Assembly: GCA_039026915.1 (NCBI GenBank) | Contig: JBCCLJ010000011.1 | Location: 72 to 64,071 of the forward strand | Length of the DNA: 64,000 nucleotides | Source: Acidobacteriota bacterium | GTDB taxonomy: Bacteria > Acidobacteriota > Thermoanaerobaculia > Multivoradales > Multivoraceae | Direction of reading: 5' to 3' | Shown: piece by piece, positions 11,001 through 21,572 of the stretch | Numbering within the stretch: the first letter of the stretch is position 1 | Layout: each line of letters begins with the position of its first letter | Position numbers and translations under genes: made by a program | Notes under the pieces: model-generated | Database searches by the model: none | The model's input: the letters and a program-made list of their open reading frames with translations, nothing else | What the model was told of the DNA's origin: nothing

Positions 11001-11108
11001 CGCATCGCGCGGTCCGACGCTACGGCGAGCCGGGCCGCCCTCGCTGCTCTCGAAGACTACGCTTCGATGAGCCCCGAGGCGGCCCGACAGCTCAGCCTCT
11101 CTCGCTGA
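8043..11108 (+). CDS. large hypothetical protein, paralogue B (N-terminal paralogue module plus ~550-aa Leu/Ala-rich helical C-terminal extension)
   Basis: The track ORF begins at TTG 8025 and the first ATG is at 8043. The N-terminus carries a hydrophobic segment then AAACLK. The first ~450 aa are collinear with 5256..6725. The remainder is helix-rich and low in recognisable motifs. Confidence 0.7.
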   Translation: MEIRSTADRFATRARRAVVLSGVSAFVVMLLQVSPAAACLKSNAGRFGIVWTGESWAFYGSPPPALRPLDPEAKTPKASIVFYDDSGVVLGTEAVFDPSLAAGHFVPRAVTPEGYLWGVVSCVDESPEARCGKAIRVAASGDVLEVAEAGPAPWREVDLRVEWLTDGGRSHLDVEWTGSGRTSRLSSPFRSDAAPMWAKGRRGDLAVVWFGSDRVVLVRYGPSGDEELRRSFPRSLRPGLEDGPEGPVKIGRGRMVLADDGSVIVGGWSLDSDCTPAHAASFIVLGPDGDQRSWVRGTAALGMVVSPSGTLGVHRAAGVELFDLDGRRLGSLRRPAEWQERQSKLFREAAALGPESEPADWIRDYKYFPRQRSWLVDDWIVSAWPANAGQLAVDLLLELSPRICESEKQIAGRELLAAFRSGRSSGLRVSFLRAAAACLDRPPTDVVDWVRSVADRGSSMDSKPAREALSVWGLLETDEESLDPRRAAREAAWSALLSSPVGGPLPGSREFEIGRQLLLVELPRIVPDVLSAVQRGGDEAERALDFIRETLFRVPRKSSPRNEDHRRALKALASGLKSVDPSAGRSAAASRVGDLLALALDGDAGALDSLLARRGFLESDQGAFWLGFAIAAAKEHGLLSQEVLEETAARYVALGAYGGPDWCWRDEDFLRCRGRPAGDPLATMLRLVGREGFPGVWLRGLDASASVGARTALLTFVSSDPGVLSEERWVRLLRQPWLLEVELLHSTIEVLRVAPSEGPVWAEVSRVWRQLLDDHGVKRVLRVGGFSRPRRGAGWSELTSLLEPEDLMEAVSTLRDLRIWVRLVARVGAWQGIARELEVLAEGNSLYATAGLAGLGDRPAFERLLAQGLSELPDVESGLQFFRAEAVQRLTPHANHLDSDHRTAVRRCLRKLGMPADLASDLADEARRRLEAGELPELQSLLILAEQDMEAAALAVQGLVDSSRLSSLGSRLHRPASSRDLARLLGRIARSDATASRAALAALEDYASMSPEAARQLSLSR

Positions 11109-11110
11109 AG

Positions 11111-12043
11111 TCAGCCAGCTTCGGCAAGCGGTTCTGCGCAGCTCGGTTCGGGAGAGCGGGGCGGCGCCGCCGCCTTCCGCTGGGCGAGCACGAAGACGTT
11201 CCCTGTGAGCACCAGCGCCGCGCCGGCGACCATCGTCCACTCGATCCGCAGCCCTTCGAAGAGCGCCGACAGGATCAGTGCGACGACCGGGAAGGCGACG
11301 GTCGCATAGCCAGCGCGATGTGCGCCGATGCGGCCGATGAGCGTCAGGTAGGCACCGAAGCCGACGACCGAGCCGAAGATCGACAGGTACGCCAGAGACA
11401 AGAGGTAGCTCGGTCGCAGGTCGACGGTGAAGGGGTGTCCCTGCGCCGCCGCGATGAGTGCGGTGAAGAGCGCGCCGTAGGCCATGCCCCAGGCGTTCGA
11501 CTGCACGATCGGCAGACCGCGGCCCTGTGCGGCCTGCGAGGCCATGTTGCCGAGCGAGGCGATGAAGGCGCCGGACATCGAGAGGGCCGCCCCCGTCAGC
11601 ACGCCGTCGGTGAGGGAAACGTTGGCGACTTCCGGTGAGAAGAGCACACCGATGCCGAGCAGACCGAGGGCCGCTCCGACGAGCGTGCGTGGATCGGAGC
11701 GCACGCCGAAGAAGAGCCGCGCGTTGAAGATGTTCATCCACAGGATGGTGGAGAAGGTGATCGCGGTCAGCGCCGACGTGATGTGGACCTGTGCTCGATA
11801 GGCAAGCACGTAGTTCAGGCAGAAGAGCAGGAGACCGAGAAGTGCGAAGCGGAGGTGGGCACTGCGGTCGAAACGCAGACGTAGACCGCGAAACAGGCTC
11901 CAGCCGAAGAGCAGGAACGAGGCACTGGCGTAGCGATAGACGATAGAGACCTCGGGGGCCACCTGGCCGAGCTGAAACTCGATGGCAAACCAGGTCGATC
12001 CCCAGATCAGGACGGTTGTGGCGTAGAGGATTGCGTTGTTCAT
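11111..12043 (-). CDS. DMT superfamily transporter (EamA family)
   Basis: 310 aa with about ten hydrophobic segments. Typical N-terminus MNNAILYATTVLIWGSTWFAIEF, duplicated EamA-like halves. Confidence 0.85.
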   Translation of the reverse strand: MNNAILYATTVLIWGSTWFAIEFQLGQVAPEVSIVYRYASASFLLFGWSLFRGLRLRFDRSAHLRFALLGLLLFCLNYVLAYRAQVHITSALTAITFSTILWMNIFNARLFFGVRSDPRTLVGAALGLLGIGVLFSPEVANVSLTDGVLTGAALSMSGAFIASLGNMASQAAQGRGLPIVQSNAWGMAYGALFTALIAAAQGHPFTVDLRPSYLLSLAYLSIFGSVVGFGAYLTLIGRIGAHRAGYATVAFPVVALILSALFEGLRIEWTMVAGAALVLTGNVFVLAQRKAAAPPRSPEPSCAEPLAEAG

Positions 12044-12111
12044 GGTGGGCAGTGTAGGGAGCCATGTGTATACTAAACAGATGCAGAAAGAAGAAAGTTT
12101 GACCTGTACAG
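12044..12111. promoter_or_regulatory. divergent EamA/MocR control region with AT-rich palindromes
   Basis: This 68-nt intergenic stretch is unusually AT-rich for the window. It contains TGTATAC (12067-12073, core GTATAC palindrome) and CTGTACAG (12104-12111). Confidence 0.35.
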
Positions 12112-13560
12112 ATGGCTGACGCAGCTCAGCGCTCCGCTGGAACTGATTTCCTCTACCGCCAGGTCATGGAGACGGTGCTCGGCTCCGTCGAGGATGGAAC
12201 GCTCCAGCCTGGGGATCGCCTGCCTTCGCTGCGCCGAATGAGCCAGATGGCCGGGGTCAGCGTTCCGACAGTGCAGCAGGCCTACGTCGAGCTCGAACGG
12301 CTGCGTCGCGTCGAGTCGCGCCCGCGCTCGGGCTACTTCGTGCGTCACGCAGCCGAAGCGCCGGTCGTGCGCCAGGCCAGTCTGCGCAGGCGACGCCCGA
12401 CCGAATACGTGTCGAAGCCGCTCGTGCAGAGAGTCTTTGACGGCATCGATCGACACGAGCTCGTGCCGCTCGGCATCGTCAGCCCGAGCCGTGCGCGACC
12501 GGCGAGCGGAGCGTTGGGCCGTGCGACGCGGCGGGTCATGAGTCGGCTGGGAGACGCAGCGCTCGAGTACGCGCCGACTCTGGGCGAGCCTTCGCTGAGG
12601 CGACAGATCGCTCACCACACCTTCGACACGCTCGGCGCTCACCTCGACCCTGACGATGTCGTCATCACCAACGGCGCTCAGGAGGCACTCCTTCTCGCGC
12701 TCAGCTCCGTTGCGTGTGCCGGCGACGTGATCGCCGTCGAGACGCCGACGTACCACGGGCTGCTGGAGCTGATCGACAGCCTGGGCATGCTGGCTCTCGA
12801 AGTGGAGACCTGTCCCGAAGAAGGCATCGATCTCGACTGCCTCGCTGAGGGGCTCGCCGACCACCCGGTGAAGGCCTGCCTCTTCTCGACGACGCTGTCG
12901 AACCCGCTGGGAGCGACGATGCCCAAGCCGCGGCAGCTAGACCTTCTGGAAATGCTGGCGAGATGCGACGTGCCCCTGATCGAAGACGACGTCTACGGCG
13001 AGCTGCTCTTCGACGGCTCGCGGCCGACGCCCTGTCAGTTCCTGGGCAGCGAGGCGCGGATCCTCACCTGCAGCTCGTTCTCCAAGACGGCAGCGCCGGG
13101 CTTTCGCATCGGCTGGGTGAGCGCTCCCGGACACGCGGCGGAGATCGCTCGGCGAAAGCGAGCCTTCTCTTGCACGTCGCCTCGACTCAATCAGCTGGCG
13201 CTCGCCGACTTTCAGGCGTCCGGCGACTACGGTCGCCATCTGGCAAGTCTGCGCCCCGTGCTGCGTCGCAACGCGGAGCGCTGTTCGGCGCTGGTCGAAG
13301 AGCACTTTCCCGAAGGCACCAGGCTCTCTCGGCCGGTCGGCGGCTCGGTGCTGTGGGTACAGCTTCCGGGGCGCACCTCGGCGGAGGAACTCTTCGAGAG
13401 GGCTTTGCAAGAGGGAGTGAGCGTGGCACCGGGCAGCATCTTCTCTCCGGCTCGTCGGTTCGCAAACTGCCTCAGGTTGAGCTTCGGTCACCCCTGGAGC
13501 GGAGAGATCGAGCGGGCTCTGGCGCTCCTGGGGCGCTGCGCAGCAGAGTTGGCCACCTGA
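12112..13560 (+). CDS. MocR/PdxR-type regulator: GntR-family HTH fused to PLP-dependent aminotransferase-fold domain
   Basis: The N-terminus FLYRQVMETVLGSVEDGTLQPGDRLPSLRRMSQMAGVSVPTVQQAY is a GntR wHTH. The C-terminal class I/II aminotransferase fold carries a PLP-lysine context, SFSKTAAPGFRIGW. The gene is divergent from an EamA transporter, a common MocR arrangement. Confidence 0.9.
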   Translation: MADAAQRSAGTDFLYRQVMETVLGSVEDGTLQPGDRLPSLRRMSQMAGVSVPTVQQAYVELERLRRVESRPRSGYFVRHAAEAPVVRQASLRRRRPTEYVSKPLVQRVFDGIDRHELVPLGIVSPSRARPASGALGRATRRVMSRLGDAALEYAPTLGEPSLRRQIAHHTFDTLGAHLDPDDVVITNGAQEALLLALSSVACAGDVIAVETPTYHGLLELIDSLGMLALEVETCPEEGIDLDCLAEGLADHPVKACLFSTTLSNPLGATMPKPRQLDLLEMLARCDVPLIEDDVYGELLFDGSRPTPCQFLGSEARILTCSSFSKTAAPGFRIGWVSAPGHAAEIARRKRAFSCTSPRLNQLALADFQASGDYGRHLASLRPVLRRNAERCSALVEEHFPEGTRLSRPVGGSVLWVQLPGRTSAEELFERALQEGVSVAPGSIFSPARRFANCLRLSFGHPWSGEIERALALLGRCAAELAT

Positions 13561-13588
13561 CGTCCTCTCGCAGCGGGCCACTTTTTTG
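13534..13588 (+). terminator. weak candidate intrinsic terminator after the MocR gene
   Basis: Inverted repeats CGCTGCG…CGCAGCG and TGGCC…GGCCA precede a T6 run at 13582-13587. The stems are short and the loops long. Confidence 0.25.
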
Positions 13589-13674
13589 AGATCGAGTCTC
13601 AGGAGAGTGGACTGTTGCCTCTCCGTTGGGAACAATAGGACCCCGTCGGTCCTGATTCTCCGCAGAGACGAGCC

Positions 13675-14925
13675 ATGCGCAAACTCGCTACCAGCCTGCA
13701 CCGCTATGTCGGCCTGACAACGGCCGCCTTCCTCTTTGTCATCGGACTCACGGGAGCGCTGCTCGCCTTCTACGACGAGCTCGATGCTTGGTTCGCCGCC
13801 GATCTTCGCCGCGCACCGGCGACCGACAGTCCGCTCACCGTCGGTCAGATCGTGGACCGGGTGGAGACCGCAATCCCCGAGGGACGCGTCACCTATGTGC
13901 ATACGCCCCCGGAGCCGGGTCACTCGATCATGGTGCGGGTCTCGCCACGCCCCGGATCGGGAGTCGAGAAGTTCGATTTCAGCGAGATCTTCGTCGATCC
14001 GGAGAGCGGTCGCGAACTCGGTCGACGGGACTGGGGCTGCTGTCTCGAGCGCAAGAACTTCATGCCCTGGGTCTACAGGCTGCACTACACCCTGCACGCG
14101 CCGGGTCGCATCGGCGTCTGGCTGCTGGGCGGCGTTGCTCTGCTCTGGGCGCTCGACTGCTTCGTTGCCCTCTACCTGACGCTGCCGCGCAGGCGTCCCT
14201 TCTTCCTGCGGTGGTGGCCCGCTTTCAAGGTCAAGACCGACGGCGGCGCCCAGCGCTTCAACTACGACCTGCACCGAGCCAGCGGCCTATGGCTCTGGGC
14301 GGTGCTGTTCGTACTGGCGTTCAGCGGCGTTTACTTCAACCTGAATCGCGAGGTCTTCCGCCCGGTCGTCGAAGTCTTCTCCGATCTCACGCCGTACCCC
14401 TACGAGTACCGGGACGCCGTGCCTCCGGAAGAGCAGGCGCCGATTCTCGGATACGACGAAGCGCTGCAGCGCGCTCTCGCGGAGGCGGAGCGACAGGGGT
14501 GGCCGACCGAGGCGAGAGGCGTCGCTTTGAGTCATGCGCAGCAGTACTACTCGGTCTACCTCCAGCCCTTCGACGATCTGCGTTTCGGTATGGCTGGCCC
14601 GACGCTCTTCATCGACTCGATGAACGGCACCCTGGTCGATGACCGAGTGCCGCTCGAAGGCTCAGCGGCCGACGTGCTGTTCTCGCTTCAGTACCCTCTT
14701 CACAGCGGCAAGATCGGTGGCCTCCTCGGACGCATCATTATTTGCCTCGCCGGTCTGGCGACGGCCGTTCTGTCGGTGACCGGCGTGATCATCTGGGCCA
14801 GGAAGCGCCGGGCCCGGATGCGAGGCGAGCGCGCGCGACGTCAGAAGAGGGCACCCGCCCTGGAGGGCGCGCTGCGCCCCGAACCGGCCCAGCAGTCTCC
14901 AGCAGCCTTCGATCGCGCAACTTAG
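13675..14925 (+). CDS. PepSY-associated TM helix domain protein
   Basis: N-terminus MRKLATSLHRYVGLTTAAFLFVIGLTGALLAF and later HRASGLWLWAVLFVLAFSGVYFN are typical of the PepSY_TM family. There is a C-terminal TM segment followed by a basic tail. Confidence 0.8.
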   Translation: MRKLATSLHRYVGLTTAAFLFVIGLTGALLAFYDELDAWFAADLRRAPATDSPLTVGQIVDRVETAIPEGRVTYVHTPPEPGHSIMVRVSPRPGSGVEKFDFSEIFVDPESGRELGRRDWGCCLERKNFMPWVYRLHYTLHAPGRIGVWLLGGVALLWALDCFVALYLTLPRRRPFFLRWWPAFKVKTDGGAQRFNYDLHRASGLWLWAVLFVLAFSGVYFNLNREVFRPVVEVFSDLTPYPYEYRDAVPPEEQAPILGYDEALQRALAEAERQGWPTEARGVALSHAQQYYSVYLQPFDDLRFGMAGPTLFIDSMNGTLVDDRVPLEGSAADVLFSLQYPLHSGKIGGLLGRIIICLAGLATAVLSVTGVIIWARKRRARMRGERARRQKRAPALEGALRPEPAQQSPAAFDRAT

Positions 14926-14994
14926 CTACCATCGGAGGCCTTCAGCCTCAGATCGAGTCTTCCGTCCGTGGAAGAGACAGTTAGGAGGAACGCC

Positions 14995-16066
14995 ATGCAC
15001 GTCCTTTCCGCAGGCCGAGTTGTCGGTGCTCTGCGCCGAACCCTCGTCGTCGTTACGGTTCTCGTGACCGCTCTCGTCAGCAGTGCCGCCGCCGAACAGC
15101 GCCTCTACATTCACAACACCTTCAGCGGTGAGATCACCAAGATCGGCATTCCCGACGATCCGTCGGGCGAGCACGAGATCCTCGGCACGATCGAGATCGG
15201 CCACTACATGGACTACATCACCGCTTCGCCGGACGGGCGGGTGATCTACGTGAACCGCGTCGACACGCTCGGCGACGAAGGCGCGGCACCGAATATCGGC
15301 GAGTCGGGTGAGCTGATCGCCATCGACGCGGCGACCGACGAGATCCTCTGGCGCCTCGCCATCGAGGGCATGACGCACCACATGTCGGTCTCGAAGGACG
15401 GACGCTACGTCTTCGTTCCCCTGTGGGACTCCTTCTGGCTCGCCGTCGTCGACACGGAGACTCGCCAACTCGCAAAAAAGATCTACACCGGGCACGGCGG
15501 CCACGGCAGCAAGGTTTCCCACGACGGCAAGCGGCTTTACGTCGGATCGATGCTCACCGACCAGCTCTGGGTCATCGACACCGAGAGCCTGGAGCTCGTC
15601 GATCGGATCCACTTCGACGACGGCGTGCGCCCCTTTGCACTGGCGAAGGACGATTCGCGCGTTTTCGTCCAGCTGTCGCGGCTGCACGGCTTCGACGTCG
15701 TCGACCTGCCGAGCAAGCGCAAGGCCGGGCGCGTCATGATGCCGACGCTCGGCCGTTCCTTCGAGATCCCCGAGGAGTATCCGCACAACGTCAACCACGG
15801 CATAGCCGTGTCGCCGGACGGCAAGACACTGCTGAGTGCGGGCAGCATCATCGACATCGTCGCCAAGTTCTCGCTGCCCGACCTGCGGCTCCAGGGAACG
15901 ATCGACGTCGGCAAGGACCCGAACTCGATCGTCTACTCGAAGGACGGTACCTTCGCCTACGTCAGCAACCGCAAAGAAGACACGCTGTCGGTGCTGCGCG
16001 TCGACACGCTGGAGGAGGTCCAGCGCATCTCTCTCGGCAAGTACCCGCAGCGCATGGTGGTGATCG

Positions 16067-16083
<17 letters not shown>
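14995..16083 (+). CDS. YVTN-family beta-propeller repeat protein (secreted)
   Basis: ATG 14995 is preceded by AGGAGG (14984-14989). The repeats are of YVTN type: SPDGRVIYVNRV, SKDGRYVFVPL, SHDGKRLYVGS, SPDGKTLLSAGS, SKDGTFAYVSN. Confidence 0.7.
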
Positions 16084-17595
<1,512 letters not shown>

Positions 17596-17599
<4 letters not shown>

Positions 17600-19236
17600 G
17601 CCACAGTCTGGCGTCGCTGGCGCTCCTGATCGCCACGGTGAGTCCGGTTCAGGGCGCCGCTCCCGGGGCTCTCGAGAGCAACGTGCTGCAGGTAGGGGGG
17701 CAGTCGGTACGGGTCGAGACTTTCGAGATTCCGTCGCCCGTTCCGGGGCCCGACGGCGAAACGGCCGTCATCGCGCTGACCTCGTTCCGCCTCGAGGGGC
17801 AGGACGATCGTCCGGCGCCCCTGGTGCTGCACGCGAACGGCTTCGGTTTGCCGCGTCTTCAGGAACTCGGTCCGCTGCAGGCTTCCAAGGGCGCTTCGTT
17901 CTGGGGCCAGCTGCGGGCGCTCGCCAGCGCCGTCGTCCTCGACGGCTACCACCTGGTGAGCTTCGACCACCGCGGTCACGGCGGTTCCGGGGGCGTCAGC
18001 CGCTCGATGGACCCCTTCTACGAGATCGTCGACGTCCGGACCGTGCTCGACTGGGCGGAGGAGAATCTCTCTGTGGCCCGCGACGACGCTGGCGACCCTC
18101 TGATTGGCACGATCGGTGGCAGCTTCGGCGGCGGGTATCAGCTCCTGCTGGCCGCCTTCGATCCGAGAGTCGACGCGATCGTACCGACGATGACGTGGAA
18201 CGATCTGCCGCGCTCCCTCTTCGGCTTCGGCGTGCTCAAGCAGGGCTGGCTCGAGTTCGAGTGCCAGATGGCGGTGCGCGGCGGCACGCGAACCGACCGC
18301 TTCTTCGAGCAGGCCTGTGGCGGTTCCGAGCAGCCGGGTGCTGCGCTCGTCGAACAGCTCGGCAGCCCTGAAGACGTTCGCTCGATGCTCGAGACCTGGG
18401 GCCGCAGCGGGTTGGGTCACCTGGAGACCGTCTGGGATCAGGAGGCGACGGGGCGGGTGCTCGATCCGCGACTCGCGAACGTCGAGCCTCGCCCGATCGA
18501 TGCACTGCTGATGCAGGCGAGCGAGGACGTCCTCTTTCCCCTGAACGAGGCCTTGGCCAACCAGCGGGTCCTCGAGCGCGGCGGCGGCGACGTCCGTCTG
18601 GTCGTTCTACGCTCCGGTCACGCGAACCCGGCCGCCGGCCAGGGCAACGGCCCCGCGACCTGTGGCGACCTCGGCGCCAACGAAATGACGCTCGCCTTCT
18701 TTGCCAGGACGCTGCGGGGTGAGGCGGATACGACGGACCTTCCCGAGGTCTGCGTCGCCGTCTCGCGCAGTGCTTCGCGGAAGCTCGTGCGACTCCCCGA
18801 GCTCGTCGCCGGGCGCAAGGTCGCCGTGACGGAGAGCGACTGGAGCGAGGGTGCGTGGGTCTTCCATCCGATCGAGACCCTCGCCGAGGCGAGAGACCTG
18901 ATCGGTGTTCCGCGTTTCACCGGCACCGTCGCCGCGGTCGAGGGTGCGGACCAGAGCATCGGGCTCGTGGGCCTTGCGGTCCGCACGGACGGTGGCGATC
19001 CTGCGCTGCTCTCGGGTCAGCTGGTGGCTCTGCGCCCCGGCCGCTACGTCGAGGTCGAGCTCGCCGGCGTGGCCGATCGACTCGATGCGGGCACAACTCT
19101 CGGTCTGTTGGCGTTCGAGACGCACCCGCAGTTTCGCCGCCCTGCTCGCGGCACGCCGACAGCCGGCGTGCTCGAGGGCAACCGCTTCGTCCTGGACGGC
19201 GAGGTGCGCCTTCCGCGCCTGTTGGAAGTCGAGTAG
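17596..19236 (+). CDS. CocE/NonD (peptidase S15-like) alpha/beta hydrolase
   Basis: ATGA overlap with the upstream gene. Signal peptide, then the SFDHRGHGGSGG block, nucleophile elbow GGSFGG, and LKAI-like DAIVPTMTWNDL. The C-terminal region looks like a beta-sandwich. Confidence 0.7.
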
Positions 19237-19260
19237 CTCGACGCGGCCCCTCGAGCGCCG

Positions 19261-20739
19261 TCATTCGGCGGCGTAGTCGGGGGGTGGCGTGAAGCCGCCC
19301 AGGGGCTCGGCGACGAGGCGTGCGAACTCGAGCGTCGTGCGGTCGCCGTAGGCCGGGCCGATCGCCTGGAGTCCGATCGGCATGCCGCTGCTCGACGGCC
19401 CGGTCGGAAAGACCGTCGAAGGCAGGTAGCAGAGCGTGGCAAGCCCAGCCCAGAAGATCTGCTGGAAGTAGGGAACGCGACGGTCGTCGATCGCCAGGGT
19501 GCGGCTGAAGATCGGGCTCTGGTCGTGCGGGAAGCCCTCGGTGGCCGAGCTCGGGCAGAGCACCAAATCCCACTCGTCGAAGAACTCCTGCCATGCGACG
19601 CGCAGCGCGCCGCGCTGTGCGTGCTCCGCCATCCAGACGCGGTAGCCGATGTTGGTCGCTGGCGTCGTTCCGACGATGGCGTTGAGAAGCGCCATGTAAG
19701 TCTTCTGGTGATGGGCGGGATCGAAGCTCGGCCGCGCCGTGTCGGAGACCTTGGCGCCCAGCTTGGCCAGGCGGTCGGCGACGTCCAAGACGCGGCCCGC
19801 CATCTCGTCGCTCACCGGCGCGACCTCGTCCGTCGGCCAGACGGCGATGCGCAGCTCGCTCAGGCTGGCTGCCCGCGGTGCCGGCAAGTCGAGCTTCCAA
19901 CCGGGGGAGTGCAGGATGTCCGGGCCTGCCAGAAGCTCGAAGGCAAACGCGAGATCTTCGGCGCTGCGCGCCAGCGGTCCGACGACGGCGAGGTCCGCGT
20001 CCTGCGGGACTGCAGCGGCGCCCGGCGGCGTGTGACCGCGCATCGGCACGACGCCCCAGGTCGGCTTGTGACCGTAGACGCCGCAGAAGTGAGCCGGGTT
20101 CCGGATCGAACCGCCGATGTCCGATCCAGCTTCGAGCGGGGTGAAGCCGGCCGCGAGCGCCGCGCCGGCGCCGCCGGAGGAGCCGCCGGGCGTGCGCTCG
20201 ACGTTCCAGGGATTGTTCGTCGTGCCGTAGATGGCGTTGTAGCTCTGTGTGTCGGCCAGCAACAGCGGCACGTTCGTCTTGCCGAGGATGTGCGCTCCCG
20301 CCTGCTGCAAACGCTCGACGACGACGGCGTCGCCCGTAGCGACGTTCTTCCCGGCGGCGGCCGGAATGCCCCACGTCGTTTCCAGACCGGTGACGTCGAA
20401 GGACTCTTTGACGGTCATCGGGATACCGTGCAGGGGTCCGAGGTCCCGTCCAGCGGCGAGCGCTTCGTCTGCGGCTCGTGCCGCGTCCAGGGCGCGTTCG
20501 AAGTTGCGAACGACGACGGCGTTGAGCGCCTCGTCTCGCTTCTCGATGCGATCGATGAGGTACTGCGTCAGCTCGACCGACGAAATCTCGCGCTCTCGGA
20601 TCTTCGAGGCGAGCTCCTGCAGCCCGCTATGGGCGTGAGCCGTTTCTCTGTTCGTCGGCTGGGCACCAGCGCGTCCGAGAGTGCCGACCGCCGCGGTCGC
20701 CGCGAGGCCCTGTGCAAAGCGTCGTCGAGTCAGATGCAT
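19261..20739 (-). CDS. amidase-signature (AS) family amidase with twin-arginine signal
   Basis: Tat-like N-terminus MHLTRRRFAQGLAATAAVGTLGRAGA. AS motif GGSSGGAGAALAAGF with upstream MTVKESFDV (catalytic Lys context). Confidence 0.9.
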   Translation of the reverse strand: MHLTRRRFAQGLAATAAVGTLGRAGAQPTNRETAHAHSGLQELASKIREREISSVELTQYLIDRIEKRDEALNAVVVRNFERALDAARAADEALAAGRDLGPLHGIPMTVKESFDVTGLETTWGIPAAAGKNVATGDAVVVERLQQAGAHILGKTNVPLLLADTQSYNAIYGTTNNPWNVERTPGGSSGGAGAALAAGFTPLEAGSDIGGSIRNPAHFCGVYGHKPTWGVVPMRGHTPPGAAAVPQDADLAVVGPLARSAEDLAFAFELLAGPDILHSPGWKLDLPAPRAASLSELRIAVWPTDEVAPVSDEMAGRVLDVADRLAKLGAKVSDTARPSFDPAHHQKTYMALLNAIVGTTPATNIGYRVWMAEHAQRGALRVAWQEFFDEWDLVLCPSSATEGFPHDQSPIFSRTLAIDDRRVPYFQQIFWAGLATLCYLPSTVFPTGPSSSGMPIGLQAIGPAYGDRTTLEFARLVAEPLGGFTPPPDYAAE

Positions 20740-20796
20740 GTTGGTTCTTCCTTGAGTGAGTGTGGGGAGGTCAGACGGAGTGCGGCAGAACCGTCC

Positions 20797-21459
20797 CTAC
20801 CGTTCCGACGGCGACCGGTTCGCTTGCCGCCTCTGCTCTGCGCGCAGTCCATCGATCACGAACGTCAGCGACGTCTGGAAGCTCCGTTCGAAGTCGAGGT
20901 CGAGCGCCGGGAGCGCTGCCGCGAGAGACGGAAAGCGCTCCCGCTCCGCGCTGCCGAGCTCGAGCACTCGGTAGGGCTTGGGGCCGCGCTGGCGGTTGAG
21001 CGCCTCGAAGCGCTCCTGCCGCTGCACGGAGTGGATCGTGTGATGGATGACGAAGACGTAGGCGATCCATGCCTCTCGCGGCGCGAAGCCGGCTCCTCGG
21101 AGGACTGCCAGAGCTCCCTCGACCAGGGCGAAAGCCTGTTCCGAGGCCGGTCCGATCGCGCTGGCGTAGTCGGCCGCTCCGGGCATTTCGAGGAGCGCAG
21201 AACGAAAATTGACGGCGAGTTCTTCGAGGTAGATGTCCCAGGCCTCCGAAGTGGGGCGTGCGACCCGTGCACAGAAGTGGTCCATGGCGGCCGCCAGCAG
21301 CGCTTCTCTCGATTCGAAGTGTCGGTAAAGCGCCGTTGCACTCACACCGAGGCGTCGCGCCAGCGAGTGCATCGAAAACCCTTCGATACCGATTTCGAGC
21401 AGTGCTTCGACGATGCGGTCGCGGTCGAGGCGTGAGCGTACGGGCGCTTCTACAGGCAT
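20797..21459 (-). CDS. TetR/AcrR family transcriptional regulator
   Basis: HTH block IVEALLEIGIEGFSMHSLARRLGVSATALYRHFESREALL. Confidence 0.9.
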   Translation of the reverse strand: MPVEAPVRSRLDRDRIVEALLEIGIEGFSMHSLARRLGVSATALYRHFESREALLAAAMDHFCARVARPTSEAWDIYLEELAVNFRSALLEMPGAADYASAIGPASEQAFALVEGALAVLRGAGFAPREAWIAYVFVIHHTIHSVQRQERFEALNRQRGPKPYRVLELGSAERERFPSLAAALPALDLDFERSFQTSLTFVIDGLRAEQRRQANRSPSER

Positions 21460-21493
21460 GAACTCGAGGTCCCGGAGGTTCGCTGGAAACCAG

Positions 21494-21510
21494 TGTTAAC
21501 GGCGTTAACA
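21494..21510. promoter_or_regulatory. candidate TetR operator: perfect 7-bp inverted repeat TGTTAAC-ggc-GTTAACA
   Basis: Read directly at 21494-21510. It lies in the 113-nt intergenic region between the divergent tetR gene (start 21459) and the ABC permease (start 21573). Confidence 0.55.
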
Positions 21511-21572
21511 TCAGGTTAGCAGAGCTTGGAGCACTGTGCAGCGGCACTCGTGTCGGAGAGAATCGAGCTCTC

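Noticed and set aside
18917-20374. 485-aa minus-strand ORF in an alternative frame of the amidase region
   Set aside because: It is on the same strand as the amidase but in a different frame. It is nearly pure Arg/Pro/Gly/Ala, whereas the amidase frame carries the GGSSGG signature and a Tat signal.
19525-21435. 636-aa plus-strand ORF crossing the amidase and TetR loci
   Set aside because: It spans two well-supported minus-strand genes and their intergenic gap. The translation is Arg/Gly/Asp-rich without motifs.
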